A stretch of DNA of 32,000 bases from Xanthomonas campestris pv. campestris str. ATCC 33913. GTDB taxonomy: Bacteria > Pseudomonadota > Gammaproteobacteria > Xanthomonadales > Xanthomonadaceae. The stretch is from assembly GCF_000007145.1 (NCBI RefSeq), contig NC_003902.1, positions 1,507,436 to 1,539,435 on the forward strand, written 5' to 3'. Below are positions 24,563 to 32,000 of the stretch, piece after piece (position 1 is the first letter of the stretch; the number at the start of each line of letters is the position of its first letter). The position numbers were made by a program, and so were the translations under genes. The notes beneath the pieces are model-generated. The model was not told the DNA's origin. It made no database searches and saw nothing but the letters and a program-made list of their open reading frames with translations.

Positions 24563-25618
24563 CTAGGGTGCTTCCGGCGGATCCGAATCCAGCACCTGCA
24601 GTTTGCCGCCAGTGGTCTCCGGCAGGATGTGTTGATCGGTGGCCACCAGCACCACGCCCGGCGTCAGCAGCGGCAGCAGGTTGGCGAGAAAGGCCGGCGG
24701 CACCTGCAGCCGCGCGATGGTGTTCGCATCCAGCGCCTGCCCAGCGGCCGCCGCGCTGCCGGGAATGCCGATGCGCATCCAGTTGGGCATGCGCACGCCG
24801 GGCAGCCCAGGCACCTCGCCGGGCAAGAAGCCCTGGCCAACGATGAAGGCCTGCGTGCCCAGGGGCGCGGCATCGGCAGGTGCGTGCAGCACCGCGCGGG
24901 CGCGGCCGATTTCCACCCCGTTGCGATACACCGCCAGTTGCTGGTCGCTGCTGCTGACCAGCATCGAGATCGGCCCGGTGGGCGCAAGCTCGGGCTGCCA
25001 GGCATAGGTCTGCCCGCTGGGCAGCGGCAACAGCGGGCGCTGTGCACCGGTGGAGGGGTCGATCGGGCTGAGCGCGCGCGGGTGCACCACCGCATCGGCA
25101 TCCACCCCGGCCTGCGCCACAACTACCACCATGCCCATGTTGGAGTTGTCGAACAGCAGGCGGGCGAACTCGGACGGCAGATGCACGCAGCCATGCGATT
25201 CCGGATAGCCGGGCAGTCCGCCGGCATGCAGCGCCACGCCATCCCAGGTGAGCCGCTGCTGGTAGGGCATGGGCGCGGCGTTGTAGATGCTGGAACGGTG
25301 GTCCTTGTCTTTTTGCAGGATGGTGAACACGCCGGTAGGCGTCTCGTGCCCAGGCTTGCCGGAGCTGATGGTGGACACGCCGATCAGGATGCCGTTGCGA
25401 TACGCATAGGCGCGTTGCTCGGTGAGGCTGACGATCACCGCCATCGGCCCCCATCCCTTGCTCACGCCACCCCAGATCCATTCACCGGGCTTGAGCTGGT
25501 CCGGCGGGGTTTCGGCAGGGCTGGATTGGCGCGCGCCCCAGAACGGCACCGCAGCTGCCTGGTCGCAGAACAGCAGTGCACACAACAGCAGGGCAGGGAG
25601 CAGGCGGCGCATGGGCAT
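24563..25618 (-). CDS. L,D-transpeptidase (YkuD domain) family protein
   Basis: 351 aa with a signal peptide and the catalytic context GYPESHGCVHLP. Confidence 0.85.
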   Translation of the reverse strand: MPMRRLLPALLLCALLFCDQAAAVPFWGARQSSPAETPPDQLKPGEWIWGGVSKGWGPMAVIVSLTEQRAYAYRNGILIGVSTISSGKPGHETPTGVFTILQKDKDHRSSIYNAAPMPYQQRLTWDGVALHAGGLPGYPESHGCVHLPSEFARLLFDNSNMGMVVVVAQAGVDADAVVHPRALSPIDPSTGAQRPLLPLPSGQTYAWQPELAPTGPISMLVSSSDQQLAVYRNGVEIGRARAVLHAPADAAPLGTQAFIVGQGFLPGEVPGLPGVRMPNWMRIGIPGSAAAAGQALDANTIARLQVPPAFLANLLPLLTPGVVLVATDQHILPETTGGKLQVLDSDPPEAP

Positions 25619-25825
25619 TCCCGAAAATCATGTCGCACGATCCTAGCCGGGCTGCGCGTGTGCGTCATGTGCGCGCAGGTTGTGGTGGCGCTGTAGGCGA
25701 TGCGCTGTTTGTTGCTGATGCCGGTGCGAAGACGACGGTTGAAGGGCGCGGGAGCCAGGTGCGGTCTGCCATGCGCTGTCGGTGTCCACTGTGCGCGTTG
25801 CGACGCAGCGTGTGCAGGTTGGGCG

Positions 25826-25840
25826 TGGCACCGGCGTTGC
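25826..25840 (+). promoter_or_regulatory. Sigma54-type -24/-12 element candidate (TGGCAC-N5-TTGC)
   Basis: TGGCACcggcgTTGC has the canonical GG-N10-GC spacing and lies in an intergenic region. The flanking consensus positions do not match. There is no downstream gene on this strand. Confidence 0.3.
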
Positions 25841-25983
25841 CACTCGGTGTTGTCGTGCATGTGCAACGGCGTCTGCGCGCGATCAGCGCTATCGCAGTCA
25901 TCTGTGTCGATGAGCCACGCGCGCGCGTGCTTGTGACTTGCTGCGTTTGTTTGCAGCGGCAACGCTCGGCTGCGGCTGCTCAA

Positions 25984-26029
25984 GAAAAATGCCGCTGCCC
26001 GATCACCACGCATGGCGACCGGGCAGCGG
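25984..26029 (-). terminator. Rho-independent terminator after the OYE reductase gene
   Basis: 10-bp stem CCGCTGCCCG/CGGGCAGCGG with an 18-nt loop, followed on the minus strand by CATTTTTCTTG. Confidence 0.65.
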
Positions 26030-26034
26030 TGCGG

Positions 26035-27129
26035 TTACGCCGGCAGTGCCGGGTAGTCGGTGTAGCCTTCGGCGCCGCCGCCGTACAGCGTGGCCTGGTT
26101 CGGTTCCGCCAGCGGCGCGTCCTCGCGCAGGCGGCGTACCAGGTCCGGGTTGGCAATGTAGGCACGGCCGAAGGAGACCGCATCGGTGTCGCCACGGCTG
26201 ATCGCCTGTTCGGCCATCGCCTTGTCATAGCCGTTGTTGCTGATCCATGCGCCATCGAACTTGGCCCGCAGCGCGGTGTAGTCGAAAGCGATGTTGTCGC
26301 GCGGGCCGCCGGTGGCGCCCTCGATCACGTGCACGAAAGCCAGCCCGCCGATCAGGTTCAGCCGCTCCACCGCGCGCTCGAACAAGGCCTGCGGGTCGGA
26401 GTCGTGCATGTCATACACCGGCGTCACCGGCGAGAGCCGCACACCGGTGCGCTCGGCGCCGATCTCGTCGGCAATGGCCTGCACCACTTCGGCGAGCAGG
26501 CGCGTGCGGTTTTCGATATCGCCGCCGTAGGCATCGGTGCGCTGGTTGGAGCCGTCGCGCAGGAACTGGTCGATCAGGTAGCCGTTGGCCGCGTGCACTT
26601 CCACGCCGTCGAAGCCAGCATCGATGGCGTTACGCGCAGCTGCGCGGTAGTCCTCGATCAGCGCGGGAATTTCCTCCAGCGCCAGTGCACGCGGCTCGGA
26701 GACATCAGAAAAGCCCTGCGCGGTGAAGGTCTTGCCGGTGGAGCGGATGGCGCTAGGGGCCACCGGCACTTCGCCCGGCGGCAACAGGCTGGTGTGCGAG
26801 ACGCGGCCCACGTGCCACAGCTGCAGCGCGATCTTGCCGCCCTGCCGGTGCACAGCATCGGTGACCGCGCGCCAGCCTTCGACCTGCGCGGGCGTGTGGA
26901 TGCCGGGGGTATCCAGGTAGCCCTGGCCGAGCGGGCTGATCTGGGTGCCTTCGGCGATGATCAGGCCGGCAGTGGCGCGCTGGGCGTAGTACTCCACCGC
27001 CAGCGGCGACGGCACTGCGCCAGCAACGGCGCGGTTGCGCGTCAGCGGCGCCATGATCACGCGGTTGGACAGATCCAGCGCGCCCAGGCGCACCGGCGAA
27101 AACAACGGAGAAGGAGTGGAAGTGGACAT
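26035..27129 (-). CDS. NADH:flavin oxidoreductase / alkene reductase (Old Yellow Enzyme family, NemA/XenB-like)
   Basis: Start set at ATG 27129: MSTSTPSPLFSPVRLGALDLSNRVIMAPLTRNRA... Motifs HAANGYLIDQFL and RTDAYGG are present. Confidence 0.9.
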   Translation of the reverse strand: MSTSTPSPLFSPVRLGALDLSNRVIMAPLTRNRAVAGAVPSPLAVEYYAQRATAGLIIAEGTQISPLGQGYLDTPGIHTPAQVEGWRAVTDAVHRQGGKIALQLWHVGRVSHTSLLPPGEVPVAPSAIRSTGKTFTAQGFSDVSEPRALALEEIPALIEDYRAAARNAIDAGFDGVEVHAANGYLIDQFLRDGSNQRTDAYGGDIENRTRLLAEVVQAIADEIGAERTGVRLSPVTPVYDMHDSDPQALFERAVERLNLIGGLAFVHVIEGATGGPRDNIAFDYTALRAKFDGAWISNNGYDKAMAEQAISRGDTDAVSFGRAYIANPDLVRRLREDAPLAEPNQATLYGGGAEGYTDYPALPA

Positions 27130-27375
27130 CGGTCGCCAAGTTGAAAAGGAGAAAATGCGTACGTCGCGATCTTGCCGATGACGTAGGCCTCCCAGCGATG
27201 GTGGCGGACTGATCTGTATTCGAGGCTGCACCGATGGGACAGTGCGTCTTTTGTAACGTGTTTCAGCGCATTCTGTGAAGTGTCACGAGGCATGTGCTGA
27301 ACCAAGGCGATGGCGCGCCTTTCGCCAGATGCTGCATTGCACAATAATGGGCGGCTCGCCATTGTGGACCCGGGC

Positions 27376-28584
27376 ATGTCTTCCAACGATGCTTCAACGC
27401 CGCGCGTGCCTCGCCGCGACTACGTGCTGATCTTGCTGGCACTGGCGATGGGCGGGTTTGCCATCGGCATCAGCGAGTTCTCCACGATGGGCCTGATGAC
27501 GCAGATTGCGCACGGGCTGCACATCAGCGAGCCGCAGGTGGGGCATGTGATCAGCGCGTACGCCCTGGGTGTGGTGGTGGGTGCGCCGCTGCTGGCGATC
27601 CTGGGTGCGCGCTGGCCGCGACGCACCTTGTTGCTGCTGCTGATGGTGTTCTATGCGCTGGGCAACCTCGCCAGCGCATTGGCGCCGAGCTACCACACCA
27701 TGTTGCTGTGCCGCTTCATTGCCGGCCTTCCGCATGGGGCGTATTTCGGTGTGGCCTCGTTGGTGGCGGCGTCGATCAGCCCGCCCAACCAGCGCGCCAC
27801 TGCGGTGGGGCGCGTGTTGCTGGGCCTGAGCGTGGCGCTGCTGGTCGGCAACCCGTTGGCCACCTGGCTTGGCCAGAGCCTGAGCTGGCGTTGGGCGTAT
27901 GCGGCGGTGTCGGTGATTGCGTTGGGCACGGTCGCGGCAGTTGCGGTGTTGCTGCCACCGGCACCGGACGAACCGCGCCAGCAACCCCTGCGCGAGATGC
28001 GCGCGTTCAATCAGCCGCAGGTGTGGTTTGCGCTGGCAATTGGCGCGGTAGGTTTTTCCGGCATGTTCTGCGTCTTCAGTTATCTGGCGCCCACGCTCAC
28101 CGCCGTGACCGGTGTGGCGCCTGCGCGCATTCCGCTGGCCATGGCGGCCTTCGGCGTAGGCGGCGTGCTCGGCAGCATTCTTGGCGGGTGGTTGTTCGAC
28201 CGCATGCAGTTCCGCGCGGTGCCGGTGTTGCTGGTGTGGTCGATCGTGGTGATGTTGACCTTCCCGTTGGCGGCGTTGTCGAGCAGCTGGGTGTTCGTGT
28301 CGATCGTGGCGGTCGGCACCATGGGCGCACTGGCACCGGCCCTGCAGACCCGGTTGATGGACGTGGCCGCAGAAGCGCAAACCCTGGCCGCCGCGTCCAA
28401 CCATGCCGCGTTCAACACCGCCAACGCGTTGGGGCCGTGGCTGGGGGGCATGGCGATCACGGCGGGGTGGGGCTGGACCTCCACCGGCTATGTCGGTGCG
28501 GCCACCGCACTGGGCGGCTTGTTGGTCTACAGCTGCGCGGTGTGGCAGGAACGTCGCCAGCGCGCGCTGGCAGCCAGCTACTAA
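27376..28584 (+). CDS. MFS transporter (DHA1, AraJ/YdhP-like)
   Basis: 12-TM profile with LALAMGGFAIGISEFSTMGLM...YALGVVVGAPLL. The start at ATG 27376 is chosen by family length; 27310 is also possible. Confidence 0.85.
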   Translation: MSSNDASTPRVPRRDYVLILLALAMGGFAIGISEFSTMGLMTQIAHGLHISEPQVGHVISAYALGVVVGAPLLAILGARWPRRTLLLLLMVFYALGNLASALAPSYHTMLLCRFIAGLPHGAYFGVASLVAASISPPNQRATAVGRVLLGLSVALLVGNPLATWLGQSLSWRWAYAAVSVIALGTVAAVAVLLPPAPDEPRQQPLREMRAFNQPQVWFALAIGAVGFSGMFCVFSYLAPTLTAVTGVAPARIPLAMAAFGVGGVLGSILGGWLFDRMQFRAVPVLLVWSIVVMLTFPLAALSSSWVFVSIVAVGTMGALAPALQTRLMDVAAEAQTLAAASNHAAFNTANALGPWLGGMAITAGWGWTSTGYVGAATALGGLLVYSCAVWQERRQRALAASY

Positions 28585-28636
28585 GAGCGTCTAACAAAAC
28601 CTGGCGGCTGCGCAGTAGTTTTGATAGCTGCTCTAA
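28582..28636 (-). mobile_element. 49-bp internally deleted MITE derivative (28585-28633) with TAA/TAA duplication
   Basis: Both terminal repeats are retained (GAGCGTCTAACAAAAC ... GTTTTGATAGCTGCTC) and about 90 internal bp are missing. The left TAA is the MFS stop codon. Confidence 0.75.
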
Positions 28637-28759
28637 GTCGCAGCGGCGCTGCATGCGATATGGCGCCGCTCAGTTGCAAACGCGCACATGTAGCGCTGCA
28701 CGGCTAGCTCACGGCGCGCTGCCGAGACTGCTGGTTTCCAACACAGTGAGCGTGCCGCG

Positions 28760-28936
28760 GTGACCACTCCGACTCCACCACCCTGGACGCGTGCAGCGCC
28801 CAAGCGCCGTACTGGCAGCACGCCGTTGAGCGATGCACAGAAGGCTGCAGCCAAGGCGCGCGCCGATGCGGCGGGGCGGCGCTATCCCAATCTGGTCGAC
28901 AACATGTGGGCCAGCAAATTGCCCAAGGACGGCTGA
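28760..28936 (+). CDS. Small conserved hypothetical protein (58 aa, GTG start)
   Basis: Below the ORF-track length cutoff. Hand translation: VTTPTPPPWTRAAPKRRTGSTPLSDAQKAAAKARADAAGRRYPNLVDNMWASKLPKDG. The GRxYPNLVDNMW motif recalls a widespread small-protein family (from memory only). Confidence 0.5.
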   Translation: MTTPTPPPWTRAAPKRRTGSTPLSDAQKAAAKARADAAGRRYPNLVDNMWASKLPKDG

Positions 28937-29175
28937 TGCATGTCACTTCAGTCCAGGCCGCTTGCATTGAATGAATCGATGTTCATGGCAGGCACGGCCG
29001 CGTGAGGACAGCGGGGCAATCACTCACACACGGCTTATGGCGGCAAGACCAGGATGAGGCCGTACACAGCGACACCGCAGTGACACGGAACGATTGAAAC
29101 CCCTTTCTTCCGCCGCAGCGCATGACAGTAACGAGCGTGCGCAGCGCTGGACCACCTGCAACACAGGAGTGACAT

Positions 29176-29631
29176 ATGAGCATCCAGAGCAAGACCGAGC
29201 ATAGCCTCAACGACCTGATCGCCATTTCCCGCGACGGCAAGGACTTCTACGAAGAAGCCGCAAGCAAGGTGGGCGATGCCGAACTGGCAACGCTGTTCCG
29301 CCGCATTGCAGGCGTGAAGTCCGACATTGTCAGCAACCTGAGCAGCGTGGTTGCGTCGGTTGGCGGCAAGCCGGAAACCCACGGCACCATGGTCGGCAGC
29401 ATGCAGCAGTTCTACGGCAAGGTGCGCGCCACGCTGGGCGACACCAAGTACGGCTACGTGGCCGAGCTGGAAGAGTCCGAAGACCGCCTGCTGAAGGCGT
29501 TTGACGAAACCATCGCCGACCAGGACACCCCGGCTGCCGCACGTGATGCCGCGCTGCGCCTGCTGCCGGAAGTGCGCGCTTGCCATGACGTCATGCGCAA
29601 CCGCAAGCACGCGATGAAGAGCGCTGCGTAA
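29176..29631 (+). CDS. PA2169-family four-helix-bundle protein (DUF2383, ferritin-like)
   Basis: 151 aa with LNDLIAISRDGKDFYEEAASKV...ELEESEDRLLKAFDE. AGGAG lies upstream and a terminator downstream. Confidence 0.82.
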   Translation: MSIQSKTEHSLNDLIAISRDGKDFYEEAASKVGDAELATLFRRIAGVKSDIVSNLSSVVASVGGKPETHGTMVGSMQQFYGKVRATLGDTKYGYVAELEESEDRLLKAFDETIADQDTPAAARDAALRLLPEVRACHDVMRNRKHAMKSAA

Positions 29632-29691
29632 TACGACAGCGTGACCGGATGCACCGCATGGTGCAGCTTCGGGAAGTAAACGATAGAGGCG

Positions 29692-29726
29692 GAAACGGGT
29701 AGCGCGAGCTGCCCGTTTCTTTTTGT
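29692..29726 (+). terminator. Rho-independent terminator
   Basis: 12-bp stem GAAACGGGTAGC/GCTGCCCGTTTC (one G-U pair) with a GCGA loop, then TTTTTG. Confidence 0.85.
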
Positions 29727-29731
29727 GTGGT

Positions 29732-29878
29732 GTTGTTGAGTTGTATGGAGTTATTACGTGGCACGAGCGCACCTTCATCGCCGAGTGCACCGCAATTACC
29801 GAGTACCTGGACGCGCTGGACCAACGCACCACACTCAGCGGGCAAACGGCTGTGGAGCAGGGGCGCATCCATATGCAG
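29732..29878 (+). pseudogene. Glutathione S-transferase fragment (end of the N-terminal thioredoxin-like domain only)
   Basis: VVELYGVITWHERTFIAECTAITEYLDALDQRTTLSGQTAVEQGRIHMQ resembles the GST segment ...PvLEL-dG..i.Es.AI.eYLd......L.G.t..E.a.i.MW. There is no upstream start or N-terminus, and the downstream sequence degenerates. Confidence 0.4.
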
Positions 29879-30141
29879 TGCTACGGGCAATGTGTGGCAT
29901 ATGGCCCGCATCACTTTGTCGATGCACGGTGCGTAGGCGCTCGACTTGGGTGACGCAGGCGATGTAGCACGTCGCATCGTCTACATTGCGCGTGTCGATG
30001 CAACGACGACCGCAGTCACCCAGCATCAGCGCTGTCATTAGCAAGCACCAACACGCCCTGTGTTCTGCAGCGTGAGCGGTTCTGCTAGTATCCGCCGCCC
30101 TTGTTCAGGCAGGCCGGCGTCCGCGGTCGTGGATTGATCCC

Positions 30142-30744
30142 ATGCAGCAGCAGTTCCTGTACCTGTCCTCCGCCGAAGCGCAGCTGTCGCTGGGCCTGGG
30201 CGAAGAGAAGACCACCGAGCGCCTGTTTTTTGCGGTGATGGCCGATGCCGCCACTGCCACGCATGCCGCACAGATCGGCAGTGCGCTGCTTCAGGCCGGG
30301 CTGGTCGAAGGCAAGCCGCTGGCGCCGGAGCGCTTGCATGTCACCTTGCATCATCTGGGCGATTACGCCGGCGGCCTGCCACCATCGCTGGTGGCGCGTG
30401 CCAGCCAGGCGGCCGAACGCGTGGCGCAGCAACCGTTCGAGGTGGAGTTCGACCGCGTGGGCACATTCGGTGGGCGCCGCTCGCAACTGCCGTGCGTGTT
30501 GCGTGGCGAAGAGCAGGTACGCGGGCTGTACGACCTGCAAGGCGCGCTGGGCCGGCAACTGGCGCACGTGGGCATTGCCGGCGATGCGCAATACACCCCG
30601 CACATGACCTTGCTCTACTGCAATCAGTCCCTGCCGCAACGCCGCTGCGACCCGTTGCTCTGGACCGTCACCAACTTCGCCCTGGTGCGCAGCTTTCTTG
30701 GCCAGTCGCGTTATCAGATCGAAGGGCGCTGGTTACTGCGCTGA
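30142..30744 (+). CDS. 2H phosphoesterase / 2'-5' RNA ligase family protein (LigT/ThpR-like)
   Basis: 200 aa with two HxTx motifs (LHVTLHHLG and TPHMTLLY) and an RLFFAV N-terminal strand. Confidence 0.82.
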   Translation: MQQQFLYLSSAEAQLSLGLGEEKTTERLFFAVMADAATATHAAQIGSALLQAGLVEGKPLAPERLHVTLHHLGDYAGGLPPSLVARASQAAERVAQQPFEVEFDRVGTFGGRRSQLPCVLRGEEQVRGLYDLQGALGRQLAHVGIAGDAQYTPHMTLLYCNQSLPQRRCDPLLWTVTNFALVRSFLGQSRYQIEGRWLLR

Positions 30745-30779
30745 TGTGCACGCCGGCATCAACGCGTTAGCCTGCGCGC

Positions 30780-31382
30780 ATGGACTCCACACCGCTTCCG
30801 TTATCGCCTGACCATCTGGCCGCGCTGGAACAGGCCTATGCCACGCCGCCGCGCGCCTACCACCACTTCGGCCACGTGAGGGCCGTGCTGCAGCATTACG
30901 CCGAGGTTGCGGCGGGGCCAGGCTGGCAGCAGCCGGTGGAAGTCTGGCTGGCGGTGCTGTTCCACGATGCGGTGTACGTGCCCGGCCGCCGCGACAACGA
31001 AGCCCGCTCGGCCGACTGGGCGGTGGCCTGTATTCCGCAATGGTGGCCGCAGGCGCCGGTGGACCTGGCCCGGGTCCAGGCGCTGATCCTGCTCACCGCC
31101 CGGCATGGCCAGCTGCAGCCGCAGGACGTGGATGCCGACGCGGCGCTGTTCCTGGATTGCGATATGGCCATTCTTGCTGCGCCGGCCGAGGTTTTCGACG
31201 CCTACGACCGCGGAATTGCCGAGGAATACCGTGGGGTGGTGCCCAGCCTGCTGTTCCGGCTCAACCGCGGCCGTTTCCTGGTCGGGCTGCTCAAGCGCCC
31301 GCGCATCTTCCTCAGCGATGACTTTCACGCGCGCTGCGATGCCGCCGCGCGGGCCAACCTGCGCCGACGGCTGGGCCGCTAG
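30780..31382 (+). CDS. HD-superfamily predicted metal-dependent phosphohydrolase (COG4339-like)
   Basis: 200 aa with YHHFGHVRAVL ... LFHDAVYVPGRRDNEARSA. Confidence 0.72.
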   Translation: MDSTPLPLSPDHLAALEQAYATPPRAYHHFGHVRAVLQHYAEVAAGPGWQQPVEVWLAVLFHDAVYVPGRRDNEARSADWAVACIPQWWPQAPVDLARVQALILLTARHGQLQPQDVDADAALFLDCDMAILAAPAEVFDAYDRGIAEEYRGVVPSLLFRLNRGRFLVGLLKRPRIFLSDDFHARCDAAARANLRRRLGR

Positions 31383-31523
31383 GCCACGCGCAGCGATCAA
31401 CACGATTGCGCAGCCCCCGGGCGGGCGCGGCCTGCGTTCGAAATCCTCACTCATCCCCACACGCTTGGCTTCCGCCGCGCTGTCCGCACCCGCCTGACGA
31501 TTGCTCGCTCCATTGAGTGAGCG
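31383..31523 (+). mobile_element. Divergent MITE-family copy abutting the HD gene stop codon
   Basis: It shares the blocks TGCGCAGCCCCCGGGCGGGCGCGGCC, GAAATCCTCA and GTCCGCACCCGCCTGACGATTGCTCGCT with the 140-bp element. Its termini are degenerate. Confidence 0.55.
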
Positions 31524-31561
31524 TTCCAAGGCCCAGTCAGCCTGCGCGGTACACTTGCCAC

Positions 31562-31744
31562 ATGCACGACGGCGCTTCTTCTCACCACGATCCACGCCCG
31601 CAGCCGCCGCAACCGCCGGGCCCCAACGAGTGCTGCGAGAGCGGTTGCCCCTTATGCGTGCATGACCTGTACGCCGAGGAGCTGGCGCGTTACCGCGCCG
31701 CGTTGGCCGCCTGGCAAGCACGCCAGCCTGCGGCTGCGCCGTGA
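31562..31744 (+). CDS. Oxidoreductase-like domain protein (CCxSGCxxCV motif)
   Basis: PPGPNECCESGCPLCVHDLYAEELARYRAAL. The start is set at ATG 31562 because the first 15 codons of ORF 31517..31744 are mostly MITE or MITE-flanking sequence. Confidence 0.65.
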   Translation: MHDGASSHHDPRPQPPQPPGPNECCESGCPLCVHDLYAEELARYRAALAAWQARQPAAAP

Positions 31745-31813
31745 GCGAAGCAATGCGCTTCGCGGCAGCACGTGGAACGATTATCTTTGGCCCACTCTTC
31801 CCGATGGTGCGAC

Positions 31814-32000
31814 ATGCGACGACTTGAGATGTGGAGCGCGCTTTGCGGCGCGGCGGCAGTGGCGCTCTCCGGCATGGCCGCTGCACAGGCGCCGCAGGCG
31901 GTCAGCCACGGGCGTTTCGAGCAGATTCCGGTGCTGATGCCCAAGGGCGAGCCACAACGCGTGGTGATCTGGCTGGCCGGCGACGGCAATACGGCCACCC
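31814..32000 (+). CDS. VirJ/AcvB-family protein, N-terminal 62 codons (continues past the window end)
   Basis: Not in the ORF track because the end is open. Hand translation: MRRLEMWSALCGAAAVALSGMAAAQAPQAVSHGRFEQIPVLMPKGEPQRVVIWLAGDGNTAT. This is a signal peptide plus the family-like G-x-F...P.g.p...V.-.SGDGG segment. Confidence 0.55.
   Translation, partial: MRRLEMWSALCGAAAVALSGMAAAQAPQAVSHGRFEQIPVLMPKGEPQRVVIWLAGDGNTAT

Noticed and set aside
27339-27366. Imperfect inverted repeat CACAAT(AA)TGG...CCATTGTG just upstream of the MFS start, as an operator.
   Set aside because: The arms are short and one is bulged. There is no adjacent regulator gene. It is indistinguishable from chance.
31425-31450. 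A T-loop-like GTTCGAAATCC string, suggesting a tRNA.
   Set aside because: It sits inside the divergent MITE copy. There is no acceptor stem, anticodon arm or CCA context.

Overview
GC-rich bacterial chromosomal window, probably from a Xanthomonadales-like gammaproteobacterium (inferred from gene content and repeat style only). It is densely packed with housekeeping and envelope genes. I found no rRNA, tRNA, CRISPR array, transposase, integrase or recognisable defence system. Most ORF-track entries are antisense shadow ORFs of the kind typical of high-GC DNA. Supported genes, left to right: an Lhr helicase / ATP-dependent ligase / MBL exonuclease repair cluster; a CHASE3-GAF-GGDEF cyclase with bactofilin and a zinc-ribbon protein; two Ala-rich lipoproteins; thiolase; a SphB1/NalP-like subtilisin autotransporter lipoprotein; leucine dehydrogenase; several small DUF genes; MscS; an ECF sigma / anti-sigma / DUF4097 operon; YegD-like Hsp70; SlyD; a CDF transporter; PhnA; a Cys-rich secreted protein; an L,D-transpeptidase; an OYE reductase; an MFS transporter; a PA2169-type protein; a 2H phosphoesterase; an HD hydrolase; and the start of VirJ/AcvB. 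The most notable unexplained structure is a family of about 140-bp palindromic MITE-like elements. There are three near-identical copies, one 49-bp deletion derivative and two divergent copies. They have GAG/CTC ends and 3-bp TAA/TTA target duplications. One sits 32 nt upstream of the ECF sigma start and supplies an in-frame SD+GTG. Other items: an orphan sigma54-like promoter, two decayed gene fragments, and two coding regions missing from the ORF track. I cannot point to a clearly novel multi-gene system here.
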